This document shows positions 38,051 to 52,799 of a DNA stretch of 64,000 nucleotides, piece after piece. The stretch is from the NCBI GenBank assembly GCA_965655095.1, contig OZ296648.1, positions 95,852,001-95,916,000 on the forward strand, given 5' to 3'. The DNA comes from Haplodiscus bocki. Taxonomy: Eukaryota. How positions within the stretch are numbered: position 1 is the stretch's first letter; every line of letters begins with the position of its first letter. The notes beneath the pieces are model-generated. The model was not told the DNA's origin, did no database searches, and saw nothing but the letters and a program-made list of their open reading frames with translations. The translations under genes and the position numbers were made by a program.

Positions 38051-41000
38051 TCTCAGTAAGAACCTCTAATGCAATTACAATCCTACTGGCAAACTCCATC
38101 TGCCCGAGTGTAGATAACAAACTCACTCATTAGCTACTTCTATTATTTGGTGAACATATGGTTTTAAACGTTGGAAAAACGTGATCTAAAATCGATTTTT
38201 TGAAATGAAATCAAATTCCTGTTCACATTGAATCTGAATGTGAGGAGATATCACCCACAGGCAAAACGTCTTGATCTCATGGTTTAACAACACAAAACAT
38301 TCAACCGAAAGTGAAAGTGCTGAGCGCTGAAGAAAGAGGGCGTTTAAGCAAAAACTCAAACGAGCTGTCTCCTCTCTCTCTAATAGCTTTTTCATGTTCA
38401 TACAAGAAATGAATATCGAAAACAAAATCTATTTGAACGAATGTTTTCCAGAAGTTGTGAATGAAAATACATCCTTTTTTCTTCTTTTAACTGTACGTTC
38501 CGCCAGGTTCCTTGCTACTTTAACTCAACAAGGAGCCAGTAGGAAGGAGCCAATTGATTTCGCAATCGAGTCGTTGGATTGTACAGAAGTTTTTGAAACT
38601 GACAAAATCGACGACAGATTTCATCCGCCAATTATCATTTGAAATGCAGATGCTTGTTTAAATTTTGAACACAACACGACGAAGGACTGAACAATTTCAA
38701 AGCTTAACTAAACTAGCTGACAAAATCAACCGCAGTTGATTTTCAGTGAAAATTAAAATTCAGTTCCTAATTTCATGGACACTTTCTTCCCTTAGAAAAA
38801 CCTTGAAAAACCCAAATGTTTTTAGAAGTTGAAGTTGTTTTCAGTAGTGGCTTTTCTTTCAAAATTAGACAACTAGTTGAGACGTTATGACACCCTAACT
38901 TTCACGCATTTTTGATTATTTTTTGATGTTTTCGTCAAAAAACTCGTGAGGAATACGAAATATGGAAAACTTTCCTGGTGTTTTGTTGGTAGCTATGGAT
39001 CTCATCTAGAACGTTCAACTTCGAGACATTTGGCAGAAATGAACTCCTGAGTAGCGGTAGAACATAATCTAAAGAGTTTTGCTATACCCTATGTTAATAC
39101 ACGTGGGTTGACAAACCAATTCAGCTTTTGCTCGACTGCCACAGAGAAGTTTGTTTTATGAAAAAATGGTAAATTCGTAAGTTTCAGAAGAGATTTTTTG
39201 TCATGAAAAAGTATCAGAAAAGTTTCTAATATTTCTTGTGTGTGAACAGATTTCCGAAAAAATCTTCAAAAAGCTGTCGAAACCGTGTAAAAGAGTATGA
39301 AACAAAAAACGCCAATGAAAACTACATCGAAGTTTACTAATAGTTTGCTTCCACTACATTTTCTTAACCCAAGAAACTTCGCATGATATTTGGACTTGAA
39401 TTTTAACTTTTACTGAAGGTGAACTGCAGTTACTTTTGTCGGCTAATAAACAGTAATGTGATAATGAAATGATAAATTATTCTGTAAAAAAACAATAAAA
39501 CACTTTCTTTCTTGTCTTCTTAATATCAATATAAACACGTTATCGGGTGTTTGAAGGACACAATTTCTTCACATTATTTTTACCTTTTGAACTTTTTGTG
39601 TGAAACGTTTGAAACTCTTGGACTTGGGTGGTTAGTAAAACGCCTTTTAAACTGGTTTTTTTTGACAACTTTCTTTGAAATCTCATATTTTTTCATTCAA
39701 GAAACTGCATCTTCAACTTCTTCCAATCTATAAGCTATTATCTTATCACTTCCAGGGCTCAGCAGTACATTTGAAAATTCAAAACTGAAAAAAAAGACAA
39801 TTGACAAGTCTCAGGCGTAAAATGTTACACCCTATCCTAATACGTGTAAAAAGCTTTTTACACGTCTAAGTAGTCGCTTTCGTTTACAATGACAGATTTC
39901 TATGGGTTGGTAGATGCTTTTTGGTTTTCAAAAAATCAGGGATTTTGGGCTAAAAACTTAACGTTTTTCGAAAATATGACAAAATTCTTTATTTATCAGA
40001 CTTTTTAATGAAAAATCCAGGAGTGAAACTTCCAGTCACTAGTTTCTATACATTATTCATCCAATTTTTTCACAATTGTTTCTGACTCCCAAGAATCGTT
40101 CGTTTTTATAAGTTTTAGGACAGGAATTTTTTTCGAAAGGTTTGAATTATCATTCATAAGTATCAATCAAAATTTGATTCTAAAAACATGTTTCCTGCAT
40201 CAAGAAACTGAACAGACGAAAACGCCAAGAAGTGGTATTAGTTGTGAATTTTCGTCATGTTCAAATCCAATTCTATTCCAAAACTCCTGGCTGTGTTCGA
40301 TCAATCAGGTCATCAGAACTAACACTCTTCCAGTTGAAGAAAATTTTTGCGATGCCATTATCCCCGTCTTTGTTCTTTGTATCAAGAATATGATGGAGCA
40401 AAAATGCCAACAAGTGCAGCAGCTAATTGAACTCCTATTGATGAGGCTCTCAACTTTATCCAAAGTTACTGATGGGTTTCACTTATCAAGTTCTCTGCCG
40501 ACATCTTTCACTTGTAGAAGCGATTTCAATGATAAATAATTCGGTTTCGTTCCCTGAATGGAACTTCTGATAGTCCAAAATCGCCAAAGAGTTCAAATAA
40601 CAATGATTTTTTTTGACATTTGAACTCACTTTGCCTCAAAACTACCAGTGGGATTTCTTCTTTCAAGTTTCATATCCAGAACTTGATACTTGATAAATAG
40701 CTTATAGGTAGATAGATATCTTCACTGTTGATCATTGCATGGAGAACCTGATGAACTTAAAATGACTAAAAAGCTCTACTGATATTGAGTTTCACCGCGT
40801 TTCATAACAGTTTTGCTCCAAAACCACCAGCTTTTTTCTCATCTTTGTCTCAACCGACATTCTTCTTTTGGCTGGCTGGTTGTTTTTTCTTTGATTTTTC
40901 TTCGCATCGGATACCCCTTTGACCGAAAATCCTTAGAATTAAAATTAGTATCGAATTTGCTGGTTTCCAAAAAATCATTTTCTTCTAAACCAATCGATTA

Positions 41001-44000
41001 CGGACTTCTTCCATCGGGTTCACATTAGACAAATTTGCAAAGTGAGGAGTATCTACAATAGCATTATCTTCAAATCTCTTTCCAATGTAGAAATAGTGCA
41101 CCAAAAAGGCAAAAATTTCCTGGTAATTTTACTCTTTTTCGATGTTATTTGAGCACTTTTTCCTCCAAATCTACCAATTACACGTCTTACATCAAGGTGT
41201 CAATTGACAATTTTCGACTTGTATAGGTTTTGCTGATATAAATATCATCAGTTGCTCTGTGATGTACGTACTGTTGCAAATACACTTCAACGTGGCATGG
41301 AATTGTTTCATTTTTATTTTTTTTCCGAAACTACTGTTTAATTTTCTTCCTAAATTTGGCAGATTCCTACTGGCGAATTGATTTTCAAAACTAGTATTTT
41401 CGCTTTCGTTTCTTGCAATCAGAAGCTGACAGGTCAATTATTAGAAAAAGCTTCCTTCGATAAACAACCCCATGTTCTCTTAAAACTCGTGGCTGGGTTT
41501 CTTCCTGCAAGGTGTCAAACAAAAACTATCTAAAAGTTCTTTCTGTTCATTGTTATTGTCTTGGCATGCATTTTCGATAAATCGTTTTTGCGGCGCTGTC
41601 GACGAAAATTATTGCAGTTTGCAGTAGAGCTGCACCTCGTGTATGATTTAGCATCGAATTATACTTGAATAAAGACTATATGTACCAATTCAGACCTGCT
41701 CTATGAGCTTTAGCTATTTGATATCATATCGATTAGCATCAAAATTGATAAGGATAAAAATTGTATGTAACAGTTGGGACCTCTTTCTTAGCAAGAATAT
41801 TTAGCAAATTGAAGTTTTTGAATGAATATATATAAGTGGTGATTGCTATGCTATTACGTTACGATGGGGTAGCTTAGATATTGATCGAGGTGAAAAAAAA
41901 TTAAAATGGGAGAATTTTCTGGGTTATCTTGATGACAACTTGGATAATCTTAGATTTATTGCCAAGAAAACCAAGAATTTTTCTGAATTTCTTTCCTCGA
42001 TTTGAAAAATCTTGCACAGTATTGCTTGTTTTGTCACGAATGATTTTGCAGATCTTGGCAAGAAGCCAAAAAATTCCAGGAAATTTTTTGCTGGAACCAA
42101 GATCTCATGCACTGGGTAGCATCGACAAAAGTAAGTTACAACAATGCCAAGCAATACATCAAAAAATTAGAGTTTTCAGGTCAGGTTTCGTTCTTTTTTG
42201 CCTTAACCCGCCTGGCGTTGCACTCGCTTCGGTGATTTAATCCATAAGAGTTGTTCGGATCAGTAACGGTTCCAGCGGTAGGAACGTATGCTAAATTTTT
42301 GTCTTTCGTCTCTATTCTAAAAATGGGTCTTAATTTGTTATTTCTCCGTTTTCAGGTCTTCAAATCTAAATCTGCAAAATTGTCTTGTTTTTTGTGCATT
42401 TCTTGCAAGTTATTCTTCAAGCGCTACAACATCTACATTGTTGTATACAATTTTGATTCAAAAAGATTATGCAAAACATCAAACTGCTGGCAAAAACTAC
42501 CTTGATATGAAAAACTTAGGCTACTAGAGAGAAAACCTATTTATTGGAACATGTTTTGGATAACGGAGATCAAGAGATGACGAATGATCTTCACCACTTA
42601 AGAAATTCGATCTCTTGAAATCGTGAGAAAATAAATACAAAATTGACCATGTGTTTTTGGGACAAAAGGCGAAGAAAAAAGCGATGCAAAGGCTTGGTTC
42701 GAAAGGGTCTGTTTGAACTTTTTAGTGGTAAACACCAAAAGGTTTAATTACGTCACACGAGACAGACTCGTCCTATAGGCTCTTTTTTGATGATACATTG
42801 GGTAAATTTTATTCTTTTCTGTACTAACTTCTCTGTCTCCGGTGATTTCTCTTTATAGCGGATAATTCGCCTTATCTCTCGGCTCTCCCCACAGTTTTTC
42901 ACCGTCTTCACCGAAATATTTCGGATAATTTAAATGCATCTATCTCCCATAGAAGCACATTTTAGTCAAAGTTTTGCGTGAACTGAGAGAACAGCAATCA
43001 TGATCTTATCAAAGCAACGGGAAGAAGTGATCTGTGAATTTTTATCGCATTTGGTATTTATTTTCCGAGAGATTAAACTAATAAAGTTTCTAAATAAGTG
43101 AAAATTATTCCCTTTTAGTAATTGCAAACATTTTCATAATATTTCCGATAAACATATCATTTTCCTCAAATTCTACATCCTGGGGCTCCCATTCGATGAA
43201 TTGTAGAAATTATAAGAATGTGAAACGATTTTTATTACTTGAGTTTGTGGTCATAACCTCCAGGACAACACAAGTATGCATGTATAGTTTTGTTTATTTT
43301 ACTACAGTTGGGGATAATTAGTCCCGTGGATGCTTTGTTAGGTGCTTTTGCTCCCAAGGCTATCAGAGATGATGTTTGAAAATTGTTGCAAATTTTATAC
43401 GACTTGGGCCTTCGAGTTCAATTTAGAAAGTATTCCAGAACAAGCGCACTGTTCTTGGTACACAACCAAAAAGTACTGTTAAATATCACCGAGCATTAAC
43501 CGCTCTGTCAACTCAAATAAATGCTTTGACATTTTTTGACAACTGAGGCTGCAGTCCTTTGTTGGACATCTTTATTCTATTTTTCGATTTCGAGTATTCT
43601 TTTTCAACAGACAATTTTAAAAAGAAAAAATGACTCCTGGGCTTATTTCTGTTTTGAGGAAGTTGACTTTTCTTCTTAAAGGAGCTAGCTGAATATAGTA
43701 CATCATTTGATTTGACACTCATGAATTATTTTTGTATCGATGGATATAAGTCTTCCAATAGACAAGTCACTCAGTTGGAATCTTCTTCAAAGTTCCTCCG
43801 GGTACTTTCGCTCATTATCGCAATCCTTGGACTCAAATTATGGATAAATCAATCAATTCTGTACGGAAAGAATCTGATTCTATGGGCAGCTAAGGTTACC
43901 CGTCGAGATCCGTCTGACGCCAAATCGGTAACATGTGCTTCTTTTCAGGATGGGTGACAGGTACAGGCACCCGCTCCATATACCTTCGCGTGACAATTTG

Positions 44001-47000
44001 TAGAAGTGATTCATTTCTTGAAGTAATGATTGTTTCATTGGTAAAGCAAAGCTGATTATGGTATGGAAGGTGTGGTATGGTACTTGTAAAATGTAGAATC
44101 AACAGTGCCATCAAGACTGTCATTAATTTCGCAAAGTCTGCAGAAAGGTCGTCTTACTGTATGCATGTAGTCATAAATACATTCATAGAGTAGAACAACC
44201 TTTTCACATGGGATTAATCAAGAGGCATACCCGAATGAGTTGATTGAGAATGTGGTTCAAGGGGGAAACAAATTTGAAAAATTGCGCCAACAAACGAACG
44301 GATCAGAGACTATCAAATCATTATGCTTCCTTCGCCTGAAAATTAATTGTTCTTTTTTACTGATAACCATGAGAAACGTTTTTGCTTAGCCAATTTGGTG
44401 ATGCTTGTAAACATTATAATTGTGTTTATTTTTGAGCGAATTTTTTCGTCTATTGACATCAAGAAAAGTCAGAAACCTCGGAACTAACCGCAAATTATTT
44501 ATCTAATAATTACAATTTCTGACCTGGTTTCTCAAAATCACATAGTTCCCTGGTCAGAAACACAAGCTCGAGCGTCATGCCCGCATGAGGGAAATATGCG
44601 ATATCTACACATCCCCAAACTTAGGCCATGTTTTATAAGTATGGAGCCATTATTGTTGGTAAGATCTTAATGCAAGTTTTGTAGCCACAAATGGCATAAT
44701 AGTATCACGAATGAAACGATGTTTAATTTGAAGCATATGTACTGTGCAGAACAAGCATTACTGAACTTATAAATGTATATTCATTCCAACGAACACCAAC
44801 TTGCTGAAACAAATTTCTATCAAAAAGACATGAAAACTCAGAAAGGTACAAAAAAACATGAAAAAGAAACATAATGTACACCGAAAAGTTCTAACAGGAA
44901 CACCAAGAATTTCTAAGAAGCCCTCGACGGCAACATGACTGATTGAAGTACAATAGAAGCACTAATGAGCCGCAATACATTTTCATCGGGAAAAATCTGT
45001 CTGACGATTTCACTCCTTAATCTATTCTGTGAAGGAAAACCCATAACTCTCGCAGAAGGAGAGAACATAACAAACATATTGAAAATCACAGAATAGGTTA
45101 ACGGACATTTCGAGCTCTATCGGTTTACGTCCGAGTGTCAGAAGCCAGCTGTTGATGCTATAATTATCGTTTAGGAATTCATCTGTTTTCATTCAATTGA
45201 TAAAGATCCTCCTTAGTTCTCCATGTAATGACTGAAAACTTCATCAGTTTTCAATCAAACGGTGATAATCTCTCTCATTGCTCTATGGTGTGAATGAGGA
45301 GCCCATCGGGTCTCACCGAAACAATGAAAAAATCGTTGCTCAATTGGACCACGAAATTGAAGTTGAAACCTTTGAGAAAACTGACTGTAACCGTGGCTTT
45401 GCCCATCTAAATTCATCGTTAACTTCGAAGTGAAATAACGAAGCTAACATCATCACAAAATTACATCGGAGTTCTTGAAGTCTGAGAAACAAGCACGTAC
45501 CAACTCAACTTAAAAAAATCACAGCAAAGAGTTAAACAGCTTATCAACCTTATAAGATAAATTTCGATTGGGAAAAAAATCAAAATTTGAAACAGATAAA
45601 GTGCACATTAGCGACTACCAGTAGACTCATGAAAATAACTGAAAACCTTTATGTTTTAATAAACCTTATTCCAAAGGATTGTTTTCTGCAGTTGTTGCCC
45701 ATTTTCGCCGTTGTTATCAACAACTACCACCATTTTGAAATTATGCTAATTTAGGGCACTAATTTTCAATAAACCACAAGTTACAGTAAAATTGCCATCT
45801 TACTTTGCCGTGTATTTGCGTTCAAATTTTAACTAGATTATTATAATAGCAACTAACGAGGTAATTACAGCTCTCTGATTGTAACAATATCGTTTTACCA
45901 TCCATAACATGACCATGCGAGTCAAACAAAAGTAAACAATAGTTTTGGGCACACGCAGTCATAAGTACCGCCCCAGTGCAATTTGCAGCCCAATACACTC
46001 ACTATTCCGTTTTTTTTGCCCAATTTGCAAAAAAAACAGTTGTTCCTCCAAAATCAATGCCACCTGGAATTTCAATTGTTCATGACTTGCATGTCAGATC
46101 CCACTACCTAAAAAGAGGTTTCAAAAGAGAAATGATATCTCAATTCGGAATACAGCGGAATGACAGAATTCAATTATATTGAATGTTGATGCCTAAGACT
46201 AAAATAGACGCGCTTCTGACACTAAAACCGATTCCAACAATTTGACACAAAAATGAGTAGACGATTGAATCAGGACATACGTTACATAATGAGCAAGCAT
46301 CCAGATGACTTGAGTTGGCTGATCCTAGGGCTGATGAAAGCTCATGCACCAAATTTAACCCAAACGTCGAATACCAGTGCTCGACTTACCACAGCTTCTG
46401 TGTAGTCCTTTTGCTTAGTCTTCTGCTCAACTTCTGCTGAGTCGTTTTGAAAATTTTTTTACAATCCTAGTCAAACTTCTTAAAAACAGTCAAAGGTTTT
46501 TTTTATTCTTCATTGACAAGAAATCCAATTCGGAGTACCTTGGCCGTCAACGCCAGAAATCAGGTTAGGGTCACAGAAACTACTTTACAAAGAGGGAGTG
46601 AGCAACATAATAATCAAAACGCCTACCAATGCCCAAATAAATCGTTTCCAGATTGAACAGTTTCTTTCTGGACTACTTTGTCGGGAAGAAAAACTTTTTC
46701 AGTATACTGAAATAAAAAAGCAAACCAAACATATGCCCGTGGGGTTCACTTTTCAACCAGAAAACACACACTATTCCAGTTTCATTGTTTCTATATTCAA
46801 TCAAATGTTCACCTTTTTGTTATCTTGAGCTTCTTATTTTCTTAAATCGTTGTGATAAATATTTTACCTCGTCATTTTTCACGGTTAGAAAATCTTCAAT
46901 TCAGTTTTCTGCTCTGTCTCTTATAACTCATTGTGGCAATCCGTCAATTCAATAGACTGCTTGTGCTTACGCGCCTTACATAAATTCGATGTGCGTTGCT

Positions 47001-49691
47001 ACAATACTTAGATAGCCGACGTTTTCCTATTTGAGTTTCTGCAATGACGTTCACCTTTTTGTTTTTGTTGGAATTCATTAGAAAAAATAAACAGCACAGA
47101 GGGTAGGACCTCAGATTTCTGCAGCATTAGTTGGGGCTTCTAATCCCAAATTTTCTTGCTTTTGTTTTGTTGAAAATCTTCGGGAATTTTTACAACTGCC
47201 GTGGAAAATATTGAATTAATTCAAAGCTTTTTTCAAAATCGTCAATAAGAATTCTATTTAGCAAGTTGAGTTTTTCTTTTACAGAATTTGCAGCTGTCAC
47301 GACGACTAAAACAACGTTTTTTGTAATAAATAAATGTGGCCTCATAGCGGTTAGTGATTCGAAATGGTAGCTGGCTTGAATTTTTTACCAAGTTTCATCT
47401 CTGATGTTTTCATGAAAGTTTGGATAATTTCTGACTCAAAATACAGGTGTTTCGAATATGTGTTAGGTTTATGGTAAATTTGTTGTTGTTATCAAAAAAT
47501 CCTAATTTTTGAACCGAAATGTACCAATTCAAACCTTTAATTTTTTCGAAAGATTTGGAAAAAATCTGCTGATCTCTTAATTTCCGGCCTTCTCAAACTT
47601 TTATCTTTTTTAGTTGCTAGAAAACTCTTCACAGGATGCATCTATTGTTTTTTTCTGGGACATGAAGATACAAGACTAATCGCAGTCATTTTGAATGGAA
47701 TGTGTCATTTCTTAATGTTTATAGACGGACCAGTCCCAAAAATATCTGGTACTGATCAATCTGGAATCTGAAAAATTTCCTTCAAAACTACTTGCTGGAT
47801 TTTTTTCTTGTCGCAGTCAACAATTTCAAATTATTCAATTAGTTTTTTTGGGTTCCGTTTCTCGCACTGGAGTAGGATGCAACTAAAATGCCAAAAATTG
47901 CCCACACCTATGTTTATTTCCGAAATTCAAAACCAATTTCCTATAAAACGACTGGCGATATTTTTTCAATCAAAAACCCAATCAACAGTTTTACTACTAA
48001 TAATATTTGAAAAGCTTTTTCGTTTTGATTGTTGAAACAGAAATGTTTTCGGCCACTATTTGGGAAAGTCGCACATGATTTTGAGTATTCTTGATTATCG
48101 AATTCATATCTCTATTAAACAACAGACTGCATTTCTTACATCAAAATCTCAACCGATAGCTTTTCGCTTCTAGAAGGTCGCTCAATATTAATAACATGGT
48201 TAAAGTTCCTTGCGCCGGTAAACTGGTTTGCCGAGATTGTCAGACATTGAGCATACTTATGACTTTTCTGGATATTCAGACACATTTTTCTTCGAAACAA
48301 CCGTATGGTTTTCCTTCTTCCAGATATCAATGGACAGTTATTAAATTGTGAAAACTTACTTTTTTTGGTTTCTCGATTTTGTTTCTGGCATCGGAGAGCT
48401 GACACACAGATGTCCAAAACTGCAAAAATATTAAGTTTTTGGGTGTCCAAACATACTTTTTACAAATCTACTTGTTAGGTTTTTCCGAACAAGGTCTTTT
48501 TTGACAGATGTTGTTAATTGATATTGCCTAAGGATTTTAATTCTCATTGAAAACCTGACTGATTGTCTGAAGTTGACTAAATTGCAATCGGCAAAGTCGC
48601 ATTCTAGCCAAAGTACAGTGAGTTCTGTAAAAATTATTTGATATATTTTAAATCAACCTTTCCTGAATTGCCGCCGACGGGAAAGATCGCAACGCCGCTG
48701 CACCTCTTGTTTTTTAGTTTAATAAACGAATTTGGGAAAAAACAAAAAACATTTTCTCGCATTCAGTTATTCAAGTTCTCAGGTAGTCAATTAGCTCATA
48801 ATGTACCGAAGAGTTTTCCCGCACCAATTTCATGGTCCATTTATTAAAGAAATATCGGATTGGTTGAAACTTTAAAGAAGTAGTGATAAAACTCTGAAGT
48901 GCAGCTAAGTTTATGCCACACAAACATAACCGCACTCAAACAGTGTCTGCCGTAAGATTCTAAGCCGAAAGACGTAAAACGCAGAATAGTTTCTACAACT
49001 ACAAACACTTTTGTTTTACTAGAGAGGCTTTGTGTTAAGGGCTCGTTTATAGACCATTCAAGACATTCTCATGTCTTATGCAAAAGTTAGCCATACAGGC
49101 AGTTTATTATATTAATCGCACGTTACCTTCACTACACGCTCACTTCAAAAGCAGGAGCTCAGCCTTTCTTGAAGAAAGTTACATAGTTATCTACTGTTCT
49201 GGAAAAAAGGGCAACATCCATACAAAAATTTTTGAAAATCAGTATTACGATTTTTTAGCGACTCCACTTATGTGCGTACACCTTAATTAGCGTGCAGCAG
49301 CAAAAATTATATGTATGGTAAATTAACTGACAAAAAATGTTGGGTCTTTTCGAAGTAATTTTGCAAATATCTTACAGAACACCGATAAATTTTGTAGGAA
49401 TTTCAAGAGGAACTTGAAAAAAATATTCTGCAGCAGACAAGTTCTAGACAAAATTGATTGAAAACGTTTCTTTTAAAATAATATAAAATATCCTAGGTAA
49501 CATCCACAATCGTGAAAAATCTGCATGCAGGTTCAACTAGGGCACTATCTTAAAAGACCTTAAATCGTCCCAAATCGTGGCTTGAAAAGTTTCAAAAACA
49601 AACCTAAGTGGAAACATCTGAAAGATGTGAACGCCACTGAGCGAATACGTCGAGAAAAAACATAGAATCTTTACGAAAAAGATGTGTGTAG

Positions 49692-51543
49692 TGTCGCGTT
49701 AGCCATAACGCTAAACGAGCCATAACGCTGAACGGTGCTAGTTCTAAATTTAGAAATGACATGATAGAACTAATAATAGCAACTTACCGTTTGAAGGGAT
49801 AGTTGTTGGAGAGCGGTAACAAAGTTGGAATTGCACATTTTGAAACATCAAAATTTCAGTGGCATGCCTCACACGGATATCAACGAAGCTTTTCTATTTG
49901 TTCCCCCCACCTCGTTCTCGGATCTCGGATTTCGATTTTATTGCTTCACGAACGGCACACCTTCCTTCATTTTTTGACGCCTTTTGAGAGATCGCCATAT
50001 TTGGTGCTCCTTGGTGGAAGGCTTACCATATTTGGTCATAGCCTTGAAAAGTACGAGAGCTCGGAAAAACTGAGCGCCGGCCGCCAACACGAGAAATCAT
50101 AATGTTCTTGATCGCCTACCGTCAACCACCACCTCTAAAACAGAAAGATACTGAAAATTCTAACTTTCTCTTCTGAAATCTTCGAAACTCGAAACTTCAG
50201 AAAATTGGGAACTTTGAACCAAATTGGAAATTTTTTCAACTTTAGCCAAAACCTCTTCGATTTTGGGACGTCTCTACTATTCAAAGACAAAAACTACTAT
50301 TCAAAGACTGAAAGGAAAGAATTTTGAACAGTACAACAATATATACTGAAATTACTGAACAAACTGTTAGTATCTAAAATGACTAACCCCGGTAGAGTAC
50401 ATCTCACCAGAAAACTTAGTTAATTAGGATCGGGTACCGTCAGCCGATACTCTGAATAAGAGTGGCCACGAAGACTGCTCTGAACAAGAGCTCAGTAAAA
50501 CTTTAAAACTTCCCGATACCTAGGAGAATTGCTCAGTGGGCCTTCCGTTTGGGGTTGTGGCTTAATTGGCTGCCTCCATTAAAGTGAAATGATGCTGAGT
50601 CTTAGATAAAATTAACTACTAACCCAGTAACGATCAGACTCAAGTTCATTGGTTTTATACGATGGTAATTGCCTGAAACTAGGAGAAATTGCACTGTTGC
50701 TACGCCATAAAGCGAGTTACCGTGTCTTAGTTACCAACCCAAACTTCTGAATGGAACTGAGCCAGCGGTCAAAAAATCCCTAGATTTTACTCTACGGGTT
50801 GGCAACTATGTACTGGCCTAAGAGGAATCGCTAGGTTGACTCGTTACGCGAATTACCTGGTCTTAGTTGAAACTGACTCAGAGGAACACTTTTAAAATAA
50901 ACTACTAGAAAAGACGGATCAGTTTGCTATCCGTTCTAGAACAGACTTAAAGCAAATTGATGGTGCTCAATGGCAACTCATCTCCTACAATGTTAGAAAA
51001 TGTATTACTTATGGTTACTGGAGCTAAAGTTAATTTAGTATTTTACTTTCGCGACATTTAAAAGCGCGTGCAACAATATTTTTCTTAAAATATAGTAGAA
51101 AAATTTTGAATTGTCATTCTGGAATAAAATTGTTTGGTGTTTATAATTTAGTTCAAACAGTTCCGAAGTGGTAAAGTTGCAAACTTCCTTACTTTGAATA
51201 ACGTTGGAATAGAGTGAAATTTGAACCAAAATCTTATGTGCTTAAACCTGTGCCGTTCCCTCTGTTAATTCTCAACCAAGTCTGACATTACAAGTATTAG
51301 ATTTGAAGCCATAACTTTCTTTATACAATAGAACAGCTTGATATGAATAAGTTCTTGATGAAACTTTCAGCCACTCCAGAGCTATTCACTAAGTCCTTGC
51401 CAGCGAATTCACGCTCAATTTTGTTCACGCAAAGCAACTTTGAGACTTAAGGTTGTTTAATCAGTAATGGCAGCACACTAAGAAAGTTGACAAGTATTTG
51501 TCAATATGAATTTGAACCAAAATAATCTACCACCCGCACGACA
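49692..51543 (+). mobile_element. Solo LTR 2 (1852 bp), same family as LTR 1
   Basis: Starts TGTCGCGTTAG, ends CTACCACCCGCACGACA (LTR 1 ends CTACCACGTGCGACA); 4-bp TSD GTAG (49688-49691, 51544-51547); shares TTGGAATTGCACA near the 5' end. Confidence 0.8.
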
Positions 51544-51794
51544 GTAGCTCCAAGAAAAGACAAAAGACCTTGTGGGAGGTTAGAACTGGGTTTTCCATAA
51601 GGACATGATACTCGCTAAAGGATGAGACGCCGGTAGAGCTAAAGAGAATTGAGAGGAGTCCGAATTGAGGGTTATGAAAACTGAGCAGAAATCAGAGTAT
51701 GCTCAAACCAGCGATATATTGCACAGCGCTTTGAAAAGCTATCAAAACAAGAGGGCCGGCTACCACTTGCTATTTTTCCGTGTTCCCTGGTAAA

Positions 51795-52235
51795 TATGCT
51801 TTTTGAAAGGATCCAAGCGTTTTTTCTAAAACACTCCATCATATTTTCTAAATTTTCCGAATTTATTTTTTTTACTTTTCGCCCCAAAACCTCGCAATTA
51901 TGGTGGAAAAATCATGTTTCAAAAACAAATATGTCATATGATACGCATTCTACAGCAAATTTGCCAACTTTAGCGTTTTTGAAAAACAAGAATTTTTTTC
52001 CAAAGAAAAACATCTGTTTTCAAAAAAAAACAAAAACAAAATTTGTTCGTTTCGAGTTTCAGTCGCATTGTACGGCAAACTTGCAAGAAACTAGCGATAA
52101 AAAATTTCGAGGTCAGACCCAGACACTAGCGTCAAGTCGGACATTATCAACTGACAAGTCAGTGTAAAACGTCGGTATTGAGCGTTTTGAGTGGATGATT
52201 TTCCTTCCATGTTATGAATATGGGCGAAAAACCAT
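51795..52235 (+). repeat. Dispersed ~400-bp repeat family, copy 3
   Basis: Contains atgatacgcattctacagcaaatttgccaac and gatgattttccttccat, as copy 1 does. Confidence 0.8.
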
Positions 52236-52799
52236 AGGATAATATTGCCTTTGCTGGATAAGGTAGAAACATTTTCGCAAAGTACGTTTGCCTAGTGATA
52301 ATCAAAGAAAATCCTACAGTTTGAGTTTTCAGCTCCATCTAGTTATTTACCGTTGAAAAAAAGAAAGGAAAAAATTTGATTCAGATATATAGTTCCCATT
52401 TTCAGATAATTTCCATGAGACACAGAGTTCATTATTTCGTTGCAGACCGTTTTGCATAATACAAGGAACCGATGTAACCGAAATTGAATGGTCAAAAAAT
52501 CCGGTTAGAACCTTTCTACAGGCCACGTTTTTCAGAATTTATTCAGATACATGTGTACATTCACTCACCCCGTTATTCGCAAAGAAGAAGGGTTTTTGAA
52601 AAAAGATATAAACTTATTTTTGACGAATAAGGACCTTCGCTTCTCAAAACTTAACCTCTTTGCGAGAAGACTGAAGCAAATCCTTCTTTTCGGACCAGTT
52701 TTTGGTTTTCCTAAAAAGTCAAAAAAAGCTCAAAAGTCTCTTTTGAAACATTTAAAATGAACTACAAACAATTAACTTTGCTTTCTGGTTTTCTGTATC

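Noticed and set aside
40170-44200. Possible retroelement pol fragments on the minus strand
   Set aside because: Too decayed to assign; motif spacing did not fit any family I could name.
51050-51056. CGCGACA as the 3' end of LTR 2
   Set aside because: No TSD there; the end at 51543 has the GTAG TSD and the family CTACCAC motif.
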